Assembly: GCA_965203805.1 (NCBI GenBank)
Contig: OZ241917.1
Location: forward strand, 1,984,001-2,048,000
From: Candidatus Latescibacterota bacterium
GTDB lineage: Bacteria > Latescibacterota > UBA2968 > GCA-2709665
Reading direction: 5' to 3'
Length of the DNA stretch: 64,000 bases
The translations under genes and the position numbers were made by a program. Shown here piece after piece: positions 1 to 10,601 of this stretch (the first letter of the stretch is position 1; each line of letters opens with the position of its first letter). Below the pieces are notes generated by a model. It made no database searches and was not told the origin of the DNA. It saw only the letters and a program-made list of their open reading frames with translations.

Positions 1-646
1 CGAAACCGACGAGGTCCGCGCCGTTGTATACAACGCGCACCTTCTCCTTCACAGACGGGAAATTCCCCGCGCACGCCTCGGAAACGGCGATAATTCTCGT
101 CACGCAAGCACACCGTGCCAGCCTGTGGAAGAACCAGCGTCTGAACGCGTTACTGTATAGTGTACGGCAGTGCCAGACGACCCGAGTGCCACAAACCATA
201 CCGGCCACTGTGCCGATCAATTTCACCATCATCTGGTTACAATAGACGATTCCGAAACGCTCATGAGAGACCATGCGAATCAGAGCAAACGTAAACCGAA
301 CGATATCGAACGCATTCAGAACCACCGATGCCATTCTGAACACGCGGTTCTGACTCCGGAACCGCAGTTCCGCCAGGCGTTCCTTCAGTCGGGGCTCGAT
401 ACGGTACGGGACCCGGATCGCCTCCAGCCTGCATTTCAACACACCTTCGTTAGGCATCACGACCAGCGGCTCGAACAGCGAGGAATCGAGGTGCTTCAAC
501 AGATAGAAGAGGCTGTTCCCGGCCCCCCCGCGCCCTGTGCATCCCGTCAGGAAAAGCACCTTGACCTTGCCGTTGTTCTTTCCGGCGCACAAAACGGGCG
601 ACGATGCATTGACCTCGCCGCCCTTTTCTGCGAAACGCATAAACAT
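1..646 (-). CDS. GT4-family glycosyltransferase (N-terminal part, runs off window edge)
   Basis: Manual minus-strand translation from ATG at 646, overlapping the upstream TGA: ...KVLFLTGCTGRGGAGNSLFYLLKHLD...VVWHCR...IIAVSEACAGNF...VRVVYNGADL, typical of the GT4 N-domain. Absent from the ORF track because it has no stop in the window. Confidence 0.8.
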   Translation of the reverse strand, partial: MFMRFAEKGGEVNASSPVLCAGKNNGKVKVLFLTGCTGRGGAGNSLFYLLKHLDSSLFEPLVVMPNEGVLKCRLEAIRVPYRIEPRLKERLAELRFRSQNRVFRMASVVLNAFDIVRFTFALIRMVSHERFGIVYCNQMMVKLIGTVAGMVCGTRVVWHCRTLYSNAFRRWFFHRLARCACVTRIIAVSEACAGNFPSVKEKVRVVYNGADLVGF

Positions 647-2367
647 CAGTTCAGCCGCCTGATGATGTGATACCCAAGCGGCGTCTGAACGATCCCGCTG
701 GTCTCACCCACCCGCAATTTCAACACTGCCTCCTCAAAGGCGGGATTCAGATCGCCGGGCGAAAAGAACCCCAGATCACCGCCGATCTCCGCGGAAGCGT
801 CATTGGAATGTTCCCGGGCCAGGATCCTGAAGTCCTCGCCCGCATTGAGTTTATCGAGGATTTCCTGCGCCTCGATTTCCGTTTCCACGAGGATGTGGTA
901 CACCCAGAGCTTGCCTGACTGTATCCCCTCGATCTCGTCGATCTTCATTTGAGCCGCCTGCGCGATCTCTTCGTTCGGACTGAAGGTGACGGCTTTTTCG
1001 AAGGCCTGCTTCGCCTGGTCAAACTCCCGCTTCGAGGTCCGGGCCAGACCAATATTGAACAGTACGCCCGCGTTGGTGGAATCCACCGCCAATGCTCTGT
1101 TGTAAACGACAAGCGCCGAGTCCAGGTCCTGCTGTTGCGCGTGAATCAAGGCGAGATCTCCATACGGTTCCAGAACATTCGGATTCGATTCTATAGTCGC
1201 CTCCAGAGCCTTCTTGGCCTGCTCCAGGTCTCCCTTCTGCAGATAGACCTGTGCGACGCCGTACTCCAGACGGGCGCGTTCGGACTCCGGCGCAATCTCC
1301 ATGATCAACCGATACTCGCCAAGCGCCAGGTCCCATTGCCGCAGAACGGTATACAACCGTGCGAGCGCGGAACGGGTGTCCAGATCGCGCGGCTCCAACT
1401 GCGACACTTTCTCCCACGCTTTCCTGGCAACGTCCAGCGAGTCCACCTCGGCCGCCATCTGACCCATGGACCGATGCACCTCGGGATCGTCCGGCGCGAT
1501 GGAAGCCGCCCGCCGGTACGCGGCAAAGGCCTCCGGGGTCCGTCGCATCGAGTGGTAGATGGCCCCCTTGTTTACCAGCAGGGTGACGTCGTTCGGATTC
1601 TTGTCCAACTCCTTTTCAAGCACCGATATCGCACGAATGTACAGCCGATTCGCATCCTCGGGTCTTCCCAGCGCCCCGTAGACCTGGCCCTGATTGATCA
1701 TCAGTACCACGCTCTCGGGGTTGTTCTTCAACCCCTGTTCGAATACCGACAGCGCCTTGTCAGGGTCCTTCAACGCAACGTGCAGTCCCGCCAGGGACTG
1801 GTATGCCTCGATATTCTGAGGATCCAGCGAAACCACGTCCCTGAGGTCCTGAATAGCCAGACCGGGATTTCCGGCCTCCTGATACAGCATTGCCCTGTCC
1901 ATCAGCAGGAGGACGGATTTCGGAATCGCTGCCAACCCACGGTTCAAGGCTTCCAGCGCCTCACGGCCCCTGTTCAGCTGCGCGTGGATCCTGAAGAGCG
2001 CGTCGTAAGGCGCTTCGATTTCCGGCCCCAATTCGATCGCCCTCTCAAACGCCCGGATAGCGCCTTCCGGCTGGCCCATCTGCGCGAATACCATCCCGAG
2101 GACGCCTTGAGCATTCGCGCTATCCGGGAACGTCTCCGCGAACAGCCGAGCCGTAACCAGCGCGGAATCGGCCCGGCCACGGGCGCCGTGCTCGCCGATC
2201 TCCGCCAGGAAGTCCCGGCTCGTGGCTTTTTCGCTCCACAGTATCAGACAACAGATGACAACAATCGTCCGTTTCAACCGACCGCCTCCATTTGGAAAGT
2301 TGATCCGAAGTCCTTCCGGATGTCCTCTGGTCGCTTCGCCTCTCCTTTTCCGCGAATACCTTGACAA
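646..2367 (-). CDS. TPR-repeat protein with C-terminal parvulin/PpiC rotamase domain
   Basis: Many TPR units; C-terminal HILV...F..LAREHSND.SA..GGDLGFF....L.PAFEEAV..L..GE.SG.V.TPLGYHII. True start may be downstream of 2367. Confidence 0.88.
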   Translation of the reverse strand: MSRYSRKRRGEATRGHPEGLRINFPNGGGRLKRTIVVICCLILWSEKATSRDFLAEIGEHGARGRADSALVTARLFAETFPDSANAQGVLGMVFAQMGQPEGAIRAFERAIELGPEIEAPYDALFRIHAQLNRGREALEALNRGLAAIPKSVLLLMDRAMLYQEAGNPGLAIQDLRDVVSLDPQNIEAYQSLAGLHVALKDPDKALSVFEQGLKNNPESVVLMINQGQVYGALGRPEDANRLYIRAISVLEKELDKNPNDVTLLVNKGAIYHSMRRTPEAFAAYRRAASIAPDDPEVHRSMGQMAAEVDSLDVARKAWEKVSQLEPRDLDTRSALARLYTVLRQWDLALGEYRLIMEIAPESERARLEYGVAQVYLQKGDLEQAKKALEATIESNPNVLEPYGDLALIHAQQQDLDSALVVYNRALAVDSTNAGVLFNIGLARTSKREFDQAKQAFEKAVTFSPNEEIAQAAQMKIDEIEGIQSGKLWVYHILVETEIEAQEILDKLNAGEDFRILAREHSNDASAEIGGDLGFFSPGDLNPAFEEAVLKLRVGETSGIVQTPLGYHIIRRLN

Positions 2368-2513
2368 GCTCCCGTATTCCCGGTATTATCCAGAGGTCTT
2401 CGATACGCCCGACGCAACAGCGTCCATTGACATGCTTCCGAGCCGGTCATGCTGCTTGTGGAAGGCTCGGCTTCAGGGCGGCGATAATCCGCCTGAACCC
2501 CCGTTTCCTTAGT

Positions 2514-3137
2514 ATGAGCGTCCTGCAACGGGATCCCATTCCAGCGATACTGCTCTCGCTCGCGGCCAGCTATCTGGCGCTCGACCATCTTCCGGACCGG
2601 GTCCCGGTCCACTGGGACGCGTTCGGACGTATCGATGCGGAACTGCACAAGCGGGTCGGCGTCTTTCTGCATCCCGGGGCGATGACGTTCGTCTACATTT
2701 TCTTTCGTTTGATCCCGCTTGTCGACAGAAACCGGGTGCGGCAGTTGAAAGAGATCGGACTCTACGATCCATTCCGAAACGGCGCGGTTCTCCTCTTCGG
2801 ATACAGCCATCTCCTTTTGCTGGGCATCGGCCTGGGGTGGGTAGACCGCGGCGCAAACCTCTTTGCGGGCCTGCTTTCGCTCTCCTCCATCCTTGCGGGT
2901 AACCACCTCAAGCACCTGCGCTCCGCGCGGTTCGATCGTCTCCTTGGCCGGATCGGTGTTTCGAGCGCGCCGGACGCGCGGAACCTTGCCTGCAATATCC
3001 TCATCTTCTGCGGGGCATTGGGGCAGGCAGGCCCCGCAACCGGCACCCTGCAAGTGGCCTGGTTTCTGTTGCCGCTGGCCGCCGGTACCTTTCTCGCGCG
3101 TCGCAGCTATCCCGTGAATCGGAAACCGGCGCCGTGA
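2514..3137 (+). CDS. DUF1648/SdpI-like membrane protein
   Basis: LPDRVPVHWDAFGRID motif plus several hydrophobic helices; ATG 2514 chosen within ORF 2361..3137. Confidence 0.7.
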   Translation: MSVLQRDPIPAILLSLAASYLALDHLPDRVPVHWDAFGRIDAELHKRVGVFLHPGAMTFVYIFFRLIPLVDRNRVRQLKEIGLYDPFRNGAVLLFGYSHLLLLGIGLGWVDRGANLFAGLLSLSSILAGNHLKHLRSARFDRLLGRIGVSSAPDARNLACNILIFCGALGQAGPATGTLQVAWFLLPLAAGTFLARRSYPVNRKPAP

Positions 3138-4021
3138 CCGTGCTCAACGAACGGCTGACCCTTCAGGCCGGCAGTCTCGCCATGATTACGGCCGTCCTCT
3201 GGGGCGGCAACTCTATCGCCATCAAGATCGCCCTCGACGGCCTGCCTCCGCTCGCCCTTGCCGCCGCCCGCTTTCTTCTGGGCGGATTGGCTGTAATCCC
3301 GTGGGCGTACCTCTCCGGCGTACCTCTCCGGCCAGGATCCGGCGAAAGACGAGGTCTGTTTCAGCTGGTTCTGCTCTTTGTCGCGCAAATCTACCTGCTC
3401 AATGCCGGCACGAATATCACGACGGCCGGCAGGTCGACCGTCTTCATCTCCACGTATCCGTTTTTTACCGCCGTCTTCGCCCACCTGTTCATGCCTGGAG
3501 ACCGGCTGAGCGGCCTCAAGATTTCAGGTATGACCCTCTCGTTTGCCGGTGTCGTGCTCGTGTTTGTCGATAGTCTGGCCAGTGGACGCCTCGGCTATCT
3601 GCCTGGAGACGTCATGGTGCTGGCGAGCGGTCTGCTGCTTGGCGCCCGACAGGTCTATACCAAGAAGCTGACCCAATACATCCATCCCGCCCGGCTTCTG
3701 TTATGGCAGGCTGCGCTAAGCCTGCCTGTATTCATTCTGCTGAGCGCCCTGCTGGAGGACCTGAAACCCACCGTCATCCGACCGGGTATCGTTGGTGCGA
3801 TCATCTACCAGGGTCTCGTGGTTGCCGGGTTCTGTTTTCTGGTATCCGTAACGCTCCTGCGACGCTACAGAGCCAGTCGCCTGGGCGTGTTCGGTTTCGT
3901 TACGCCCGTTGTGGGCGTGGTATTCAGCGACCTGCTGCTGGGAGAGGTGATCTCCACGACACTATTCATCAGCGTGCTGATGGTTGGAATCGGTGTCGCT
4001 ATTGTCAATACGGAGACCTGA
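3134..4021 (+). CDS. DMT/EamA-family transporter
   Basis: LWGGNSIAIKIAL...PPL.LAAARF, about 10 TM segments in two repeats. Confidence 0.9.
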   Translation: MTVLNERLTLQAGSLAMITAVLWGGNSIAIKIALDGLPPLALAAARFLLGGLAVIPWAYLSGVPLRPGSGERRGLFQLVLLFVAQIYLLNAGTNITTAGRSTVFISTYPFFTAVFAHLFMPGDRLSGLKISGMTLSFAGVVLVFVDSLASGRLGYLPGDVMVLASGLLLGARQVYTKKLTQYIHPARLLLWQAALSLPVFILLSALLEDLKPTVIRPGIVGAIIYQGLVVAGFCFLVSVTLLRRYRASRLGVFGFVTPVVGVVFSDLLLGEVISTTLFISVLMVGIGVAIVNTET

Positions 4022-4097
4022 CGAACGACCGGCGCAACCAGGCCTCCATGCGAACACGTCTCCGGGTCCGGACGCCGCCAAACGGCGTTTCGACCGA

Positions 4098-5441
4098 CTA
4101 CGCCTCCCCTACCATGACGAACGCCACGTCTGCAACATTGGTTCCCGTCGGACCCGTCATCACCAGGTCGCCAAGCGGCTTGAAGAAGTGGTACGCGTCG
4201 TTGTTCTTCAACGATTCTATGGCAGACAGTCCTGCTGATTCCGCTCGTGCGATCGTTTCGGCATCCGCAATCGCCCCCGCGGCGTCCGTCGGACCGTCGG
4301 TCCCATCCGTCCCGCCGCTGAACAGAACCGTCCCCTCCCATCCGGACAGATGTATCGCGCCGGCCAGCACCAGTTCCTGGTTGCGTCCACCTTTGCCGTT
4401 TCCTCGAACGGTTACCGTTGTCTCGCCGCCGGCGATCACGCAGGCGGGAGCGGTCACAGGCCCCCCGGATTCGAGGATTTCCTTGCCGATGGCCGAATAA
4501 ACGTGTGCGACCTCACGAGCCTCGCCCTCCAGGCGCGTGGACAGCACCAGCGTATTATAGCCCAGATGCCGGGCGCGTTCGGCGGCAGCGGCCACCGCCA
4601 GACCGTTGCTTCCGACAATCACATTGTGGCATCTCTCCAGCACAGCGTCTCCCGGTTTCGGCGTTTCCGGAATTGCTCCCGCCGCGCCTGCATCGAACCG
4701 GTCCCGCACCGCTTCAGGCAGCCGATCCGAAACCTCGTACTTGTGAAAAATCTCCAAACAGGCTTTGAACCTGGACGTATCGGGTACCGTGGGCCCCGAT
4801 GCGATCACGTCCATCGGGTCGCCGATGACGTCCGACAACATCAGGGATACCACAGTGGCCGGAAACGCCGCACGCGCGAGCCCCCCGCCCTTGACCCTGG
4901 ACAGATGCTTGCGGACCGCGTTCAACTCCACGATATTGGCGCCGCATTCAAGCAGCAAACGGGTTGTCTCCTGCTTTTCCGCCAGCGTAATCCCCTCCGA
5001 TGGCGCTGGCATCAGCGCCGAACCCCCGCCTGAAATCAGGCAAATCACCAGGGTCCGGTCGTCGGCCTCTTCCAGCAGCCCCAGAATCTGACGCGTCCCG
5101 TCGACACCGGCCTCATCCGGAACCGGATGTCCGCATTCAACGATTCTTATCCGGTCCAGCGGCTCCGCGTGCTCGTACTTGGTATTGATGACCCCATCTG
5201 AAATTCGCTCGCCCAGTATGCCTTCGAGCGCGATACCCATCCGCGGCGACGCCTTGCCGGTACCCACCACGAGAACCCTGTCGAACGCATCCAGGTCGTA
5301 ATCCGTACCATCGATGATGAGCGTGTCACCCTGCGTTCCGGCGAATCGCTTCACGCACTCCAGAGCGTCCACCGCCGCCACTGCCGATTCAAATATCGAC
5401 GAAGCATCGGCGCGCATTCCGGTAACGGTGAACTTACGCAT
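4098..5441 (-). CDS. Glycerate 2-kinase (MOFRL/TtuD family)
   Basis: GTGKAS, GHPVPD, LISGGGSAL, SDVIGD..DVIASGPT, GGETTV, GGRNQE, GTDGTDGPT, TGPTGTNVAD. Confidence 0.93.
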   Translation of the reverse strand: MRKFTVTGMRADASSIFESAVAAVDALECVKRFAGTQGDTLIIDGTDYDLDAFDRVLVVGTGKASPRMGIALEGILGERISDGVINTKYEHAEPLDRIRIVECGHPVPDEAGVDGTRQILGLLEEADDRTLVICLISGGGSALMPAPSEGITLAEKQETTRLLLECGANIVELNAVRKHLSRVKGGGLARAAFPATVVSLMLSDVIGDPMDVIASGPTVPDTSRFKACLEIFHKYEVSDRLPEAVRDRFDAGAAGAIPETPKPGDAVLERCHNVIVGSNGLAVAAAAERARHLGYNTLVLSTRLEGEAREVAHVYSAIGKEILESGGPVTAPACVIAGGETTVTVRGNGKGGRNQELVLAGAIHLSGWEGTVLFSGGTDGTDGPTDAAGAIADAETIARAESAGLSAIESLKNNDAYHFFKPLGDLVMTGPTGTNVADVAFVMVGEA

Positions 5442-5506
5442 CCTGATCGATCCCCATATTTGCCGGCCACCTCATCCCCTGGCCGGTCCGCGGTGCGACC
5501 GGTCGG

Positions 5507-7774
5507 CTACCTTCGAATGTCGAACGTGATGGCCGCCCTGCCGGTCTGCCCGCTGTTTTCGTCCAGAACCAGGATTTTCAGGACCTGCCTCCCGGGTTCC
5601 GAGGCACCCATATCCAATTCAAGGTAGGCCGGCTCGTCGGTAGCCGTGCCGACGTGTTCATATTCAATGCTGATGACGTTACCTTCTTCGCGTTTCCCGA
5701 TCAGGCGTCCGAGTCCACTCAATACACGCGCGCCCACGCTGGTTCGCCCCAACGATCGTATCTCGTACGAAATACGATATTTCGTCGATCCGAATTCATC
5801 CCGTTTCAGATTATAGATTTCGTAATAGATGAACACCGGTTCGCCGAAGCGGTAGGTCCTGGACGCCATGGGAATCACTTCGATATCACCCTTTACGAAC
5901 CGGCCCCGTTCCGCGACGTTGATTTTCGCCCCCATTTCCACTTCGCTCAACATCAGATTCATCCCTGAATACGCCTTCAGGTTGCGGTCTTCTCTGTATA
6001 TCTGCGTCCTGCCGGAATTCCGGTCCATCACCTGCACGTCGACCCGGTAGACGCCAGAGGGCAACAGGATCCGGTCGATTGCAGGAATAAAGGTCCCGCC
6101 CGACGTGTCCACGACACCCGAAGTGCGGAGGACCATATCGTCGTCTGTCCGGTAAACGGGCCGGTTCTCGTCGTCGTAGACCGCCACGCCCCGGACCAGG
6201 TGCGCCAGCCGCCCCGCATCCCCATCCCGGTATGTCAGATCCCGGGTGGGTATGCCGTAGTACACCTCCATCGCGGTCTTGTCATTGTCGCCTCGAAACG
6301 AAGCCGTATAGAAATAGAAGTCCAGCGGACCCGTGGCGAACGTCGGGCGGTAGGTGGCCGGCTGCCGCGCCACCTGATTGAGCAAGACGGCCTTCGGGTT
6401 CATCCTCTGCCAGATTCTCGTGATCCGCCCCGTACCCACGGGCATTCTCGCAAATTCGTACGGCCCGGGAAAATGCGGTTGAACGAAAGTCATTTCGATG
6501 CCCTGGCCCACGCTGGTATATATCCAGTATTCCCATATGCCGCTCACGGGATAGACCGGCCGACCCAGTATGGACGACTGGGCGACCTCTCCCAGGGACC
6601 GGACTTCGTCCTTCATAAGCTTCGCGGCGGCCGCTCCGGCCGACGCAATCAGGCGATCCTTGACCGCCAGCACCCTGGGGTCCGTCTCGAACCGGACATC
6701 GCCGGATCGGCTGACATGATCCGGATCACCGAAGCGTATATAGACTTCCCCGCGGTCGTCCCAGGGGAATTTGTACTGTCCGTGATTCTCCCTGGCCGTG
6801 GCCACACGGCGATAGTGTTCAACCTGGCGCTCGTTCGCGGCCGATACCGGCGCCGGATCCTGCCCGACCCAGAACCCCTCCGCGGTCGCCTTCAATTCCT
6901 CCAATGAAAGGTCGCCGGGATCTGCGCCGACCCCTGAAACCAGACTCAGGTCATAGTAGAGCCGTTGCTCCTCCGGCTCCAGCAGCGCAATATAGGCTTC
7001 GAAGGTGGCCTGCGCCCGGTCAAAGTCCCGCCGCCTCTGGTAGACATCCGCGAGTTCCAGCACCGCCCGGCGCTGATGCGGGTTCTGCGTTCGGATCACG
7101 GACAGCAGTTCGTCGATTGCCTGCTCCGTCCGATTCAGCAGCTTCAGTACGACCCCCAGCTGCAATCGCGCGCCGAAGTGGTCCGCGTTCACCGCAATCT
7201 GGTCCCGGTAGGCTCGTTCCGCCTTTCCGTATTCCCCGTCTGTCTCTTCGATTCGTCCAATCTGATAGAACGCATCCGGGTGGCGAGGGTCCATCCGGAC
7301 CACCTTGCGGTAGGCCTTGAACGTCTCACTGCTGCCGAAACGCTGGTACGTCTGCGCCAGATTGTATTGGGCTTCGACGTAGTTCTTATCCGCCCGCAGG
7401 GCGTCACGGAACGCATTGATCGCATTGCGGAGTTGCTTGGGCCGGTCCCGATACGTGAGGCCCAGGCCGTTAAAGGCCGGCGCATACCGCTTCCGCTTCC
7501 TGAGCGCCTGCCGGAACATCACTTCGGCCGAATCCAGTTCGCCGTGTTTCAAAAAAAAATGACCGAGACCCACGTAGGACGGCGCGTGTTTAGCGTCGAG
7601 CGAAATTGCCGCTCTGAAAGCTCCTGCGGCCGCTTCAAGCGCCCCATCATTCAACAGGGCCATCGCCCGGTCGTAGTCCGCCTCGGCCACACCGCGGCCG
7701 TCGCCTTTGGCCTGCGCCGGGCCGCTGAAGACGAGCGTCGTCAGGACGACCACGTGCCACGTGAATCGTTTCAT
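5507..7774 (-). CDS. Secreted TPR + GWxTD-domain protein
   Basis: Signal peptide, TPRs, FW...DP.P....NE...EHYRR..A......WDDRGEVYIRFGDPD. Confidence 0.85.
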   Translation of the reverse strand: MKRFTWHVVVLTTLVFSGPAQAKGDGRGVAEADYDRAMALLNDGALEAAAGAFRAAISLDAKHAPSYVGLGHFFLKHGELDSAEVMFRQALRKRKRYAPAFNGLGLTYRDRPKQLRNAINAFRDALRADKNYVEAQYNLAQTYQRFGSSETFKAYRKVVRMDPRHPDAFYQIGRIEETDGEYGKAERAYRDQIAVNADHFGARLQLGVVLKLLNRTEQAIDELLSVIRTQNPHQRRAVLELADVYQRRRDFDRAQATFEAYIALLEPEEQRLYYDLSLVSGVGADPGDLSLEELKATAEGFWVGQDPAPVSAANERQVEHYRRVATARENHGQYKFPWDDRGEVYIRFGDPDHVSRSGDVRFETDPRVLAVKDRLIASAGAAAAKLMKDEVRSLGEVAQSSILGRPVYPVSGIWEYWIYTSVGQGIEMTFVQPHFPGPYEFARMPVGTGRITRIWQRMNPKAVLLNQVARQPATYRPTFATGPLDFYFYTASFRGDNDKTAMEVYYGIPTRDLTYRDGDAGRLAHLVRGVAVYDDENRPVYRTDDDMVLRTSGVVDTSGGTFIPAIDRILLPSGVYRVDVQVMDRNSGRTQIYREDRNLKAYSGMNLMLSEVEMGAKINVAERGRFVKGDIEVIPMASRTYRFGEPVFIYYEIYNLKRDEFGSTKYRISYEIRSLGRTSVGARVLSGLGRLIGKREEGNVISIEYEHVGTATDEPAYLELDMGASEPGRQVLKILVLDENSGQTGRAAITFDIRR

Positions 7775-8105
7775 CTGCCATCTCCCGCGAGGAGTTCCGT
7801 CAATGTCCTGACGCTAATCAAAGGGGCATCGAGGCGCCGCAACCGGAATTCACCGCAAAATACTAATGATACAAAAAAGGCCCGAAAAACACAAGCACGG
7901 GCAAGGGTTCCGGCCCGAAAACGTGCCATCGTTACTCCCAGCCGAATCAGCTCGCCTCGCCACGTTCCATGCGTTCGAACAGGGGCCGGTAATCCCGTAT
8001 CCACTGACGTGCCGATTTTTGGACCGGTCCATGTACGCGATTCGCAACCACAGCGTCTCCTGACGAGTGCTTTCCACGACCCTATCCAAAAGCATCCGCA
8101 GGCTG

Positions 8106-9032
8106 CTACGGTGCGTCACGACCGCCTCCCTCGGGAACGTGAAGCCCGATCGTTTCCAGGTGCATTTCCAAGAACTTCAGAAACGCCGTGGCGGCGCGTG
8201 AAGGATGTCCGCCGTCTCGTCGCACCATCCCAACCTGCCGCACGGGAATCCCCGTCACCCGAAGCGCGGTCAGCCTGCCCGATCTCACTTCCTCCCGGAC
8301 CGCCACTTCGGGCACGATCGCGACACCCAGGCCGATCTCGACAAATCGCTTGATGACTTCAATGCTGCCCAGTTCCATCGTAACTTGCGGGTGAAGCCCT
8401 GCTTCGGAGAACATCCGATCCATCAAGCCTCTGCTTGTGCTGCCCCGTTCAAGCATCAACATCGCGCAGTTGCTCAGCGCGCGCAGGTCCACCGTCTGCG
8501 CATGGGTCAGGGGATGCGCCGGACCGCAGACGGCGACGTCTTCTCTGATGAAGAGCGGCCTGGTCCTCACCCTGGGTTCGGTTACCGGCAGCGTGGCCAG
8601 TCCGAAATCCACCGCGCCCTCCAGAACCAGCCTTACTACCTCAGGAGACATCCGGTCGGTCAGGCGGATCTCGATTCCGGGGTACGCCTGGCGAAACGCC
8701 TTTACAGCGGGTGGCAGCACATAGGCGCAATTCGTATCGCTCGTGCCGATACTCAGCCGACCCACCCGCAACTCTCCGAGGGCTGCCATATCCTGCCGAA
8801 TCTGCGCGGCCATCTCCAGAATCGCCTCGGCGCGCGCAAACAGGAGCCGACCGGCCCCGGTCAACAGGATCTGTTTGCCGCGGCGCTCGAACAGGTCTTC
8901 GCCGAGTTCATCTTCAAGCGCCTTCACCTGAAGACTCACTGCGGGCTGGGTGAGAAACAGCTTCTCCGCCGCGCGGGTAAAGCTCTTCTCGCGCGCCGTT
9001 TCCACAAACCCCTTAAGCCGATCAAGATCCAT
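8106..9032 (-). CDS. LysR-family transcriptional regulator
   Basis: SFTRAAEKLFLTQPAVSLQVKALEDELG..LFER HTH plus substrate-binding domain. Confidence 0.95.
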   Translation of the reverse strand: MDLDRLKGFVETAREKSFTRAAEKLFLTQPAVSLQVKALEDELGEDLFERRGKQILLTGAGRLLFARAEAILEMAAQIRQDMAALGELRVGRLSIGTSDTNCAYVLPPAVKAFRQAYPGIEIRLTDRMSPEVVRLVLEGAVDFGLATLPVTEPRVRTRPLFIREDVAVCGPAHPLTHAQTVDLRALSNCAMLMLERGSTSRGLMDRMFSEAGLHPQVTMELGSIEVIKRFVEIGLGVAIVPEVAVREEVRSGRLTALRVTGIPVRQVGMVRRDGGHPSRAATAFLKFLEMHLETIGLHVPEGGGRDAP

Positions 9033-9145
9033 TCGTCAGCTCTCCGTTGCGCGATTGCGGCGCATGGCAGTGCTCTGGCGCAACAGCTCCCCGTATCGTG
9101 AAATGATCTCGTTGTTCATAAATATATAATATAACAAAAATTAAA

Positions 9146-9166
9146 TTAATAAATTTTTTTTATTAA
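9146..9166. promoter_or_regulatory. Candidate LysR binding box in the lysR/purA divergent region
   Basis: TTAATAAA-N5-TTTATTAA inverted repeat containing ATAA-N7-TTAT (T-N11-A) within a very AT-rich tract (about 9115-9185). Confidence 0.6.
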
Positions 9167-9258
9167 ACAGGGTTCGTTATTATCTCATCGTGCCGCTCGA
9201 TGGCGCATTCTTATGGCTTCGCAGGATTCAAGGACAGCGTTCGATATGGAGGTGCAAG

Positions 9259-10269
9259 GTGGGTGCAACGATTGTCGTAGACGCGCTCTGGGGAGATTCC
9301 GGTAAGGGAAAAGTGGCGGCGTATACCGCACTCAGACAGAAAGCCGCCTTCTGTGTACGCGCCGGTACGGGCACCAATGCCGGCCACAGCATATACTTTG
9401 AAGACGGCTCCGAGATTCGGACACATCAATTGTGCTGCGGCTGGTTACATCCCGATACGCAGATTCGGATAGGCTGCGGGGTCGCGGTAGACCCTGAAAC
9501 CTTCGTGCGTGAAATCCAACGATACAAACTCGCGGACCGTACCAGGGTGGATCTTAGATGTCCGGTGATCACGCCCGAACATCGCGCCCGTGAGAAAGGA
9601 GACAGGCATCTTGCCGCCACTCTGGGCAGCGTCTGCAGCGGAAGCGGCGCCGCCAGAGCGGACTTTGTCCTGCGCAAGGCCAGGCAGGCCCGCGACATAC
9701 GGAACCTTGAGGAATACCTTTCCGACGTGCCGCGTGAAATCAACACCGCCTGCAGGGACGGGCTGTCCGTCGTCATCGAATCCAGCCAGGGTACCCATCT
9801 GTCGCTCGCGCTGACCACGGACTACCCCTTCTGCACGTCCGACAACTGCACTGCCGTCGCCGCGGCGGACGACGTGGGCCTGAACTGGCAATACATAAGG
9901 GACGTCATTCTCGTGGTTAAAGCCGTGCCCAGCCGCGTGGGCGAGGGCCCGCTGCCGTTCGAAATGGGGATAGGGGAGCAGGACAGACGGGGCATCGCCG
10001 AATACGGCGTCACGACCGGTCGACGTCGCAGAAAAGCCCGCGGGATCTCCTGGGCACACTTTGAAGAAGCGGTAATGTTGAACGGCCCGACACAGATCGC
10101 ACTCACGTTCTGCGACCATCTCGATCCACGAGTACGGGGAGCGCGTAAGTCGGAGGCCCTCACGGAACCGGTTCTGGAGCTGATTCGTGAACTGGAGACA
10201 CGCGCACAAGTTCCTGTGACCATCGCGGAAACGGGGAAGTATTTCGGCGACATCGTCGACCTGACTTGA
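9259..10269 (+). CDS. purA: Adenylosuccinate synthetase, short archaeal-type, divergent
   Basis: WGDSGKGK, NAGH, ESSQGT.LS, YPFCTS, RVGEGP, EYGVTTGRRRR; about 336 aa; GTG start after GGAGG. Confidence 0.8.
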   Translation: MGATIVVDALWGDSGKGKVAAYTALRQKAAFCVRAGTGTNAGHSIYFEDGSEIRTHQLCCGWLHPDTQIRIGCGVAVDPETFVREIQRYKLADRTRVDLRCPVITPEHRAREKGDRHLAATLGSVCSGSGAARADFVLRKARQARDIRNLEEYLSDVPREINTACRDGLSVVIESSQGTHLSLALTTDYPFCTSDNCTAVAAADDVGLNWQYIRDVILVVKAVPSRVGEGPLPFEMGIGEQDRRGIAEYGVTTGRRRRKARGISWAHFEEAVMLNGPTQIALTFCDHLDPRVRGARKSEALTEPVLELIRELETRAQVPVTIAETGKYFGDIVDLT

Positions 10270-10304
10270 AGGGTATTACGCCCCGTCAGACGCGACTGCG
10301 AGGT

Positions 10305-10601
10305 CTAGTTGTCGCTGTCTCGCGCGTCACGGATGATTTCCAGCCAGGCCGACTCATAGCCTGCGAGCGCCCCCCGCCAGGCATTTCGATTCCCCACCCC
10401 CTGCTGTAATGCCAATGCCAGGCTGTCTACGATCCGCTCGGCATCGTCGACAGTGTCCAGACGCTTCGCATCCATCGCCTGGATGGCGACGCCGTTGAGT
10501 TCGGTCTGTATGCGTTCAACTACCCTGCGAAAATCGTCGCTCAGGAATGCCAGCGTGTACCCGCCATTGAATCCGTTTTCCTGAACCCCGTGGTTGGACA
10601 T
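10305..10601 (-). CDS. Hypothetical helical protein (~98 aa)
   Basis: ATG 10601 preceded by GGAGG; MSNHGVQENG...; no recognisable motif. Confidence 0.6.
   Translation of the reverse strand: MSNHGVQENGFNGGYTLAFLSDDFRRVVERIQTELNGVAIQAMDAKRLDTVDDAERIVDSLALALQQGVGNRNAWRGALAGYESAWLEIIRDARDSDN

Noticed and set aside
170-670. 166-aa plus-strand ORF
   Set aside because: Antisense shadow of the minus-strand glycosyltransferase
949-2364. Long antisense or alternative-frame ORFs (also 6965-8353, 45857-46927, 57450-58826, 58789-59985)
   Set aside because: Shadow ORFs expected in GC-rich DNA, lying opposite genes with clear family motifs
9259-10269. PurZ (Z-genome) assignment
   Set aside because: The catalytic Asp is retained (GD, not GS) and there is no phage or dATPase context
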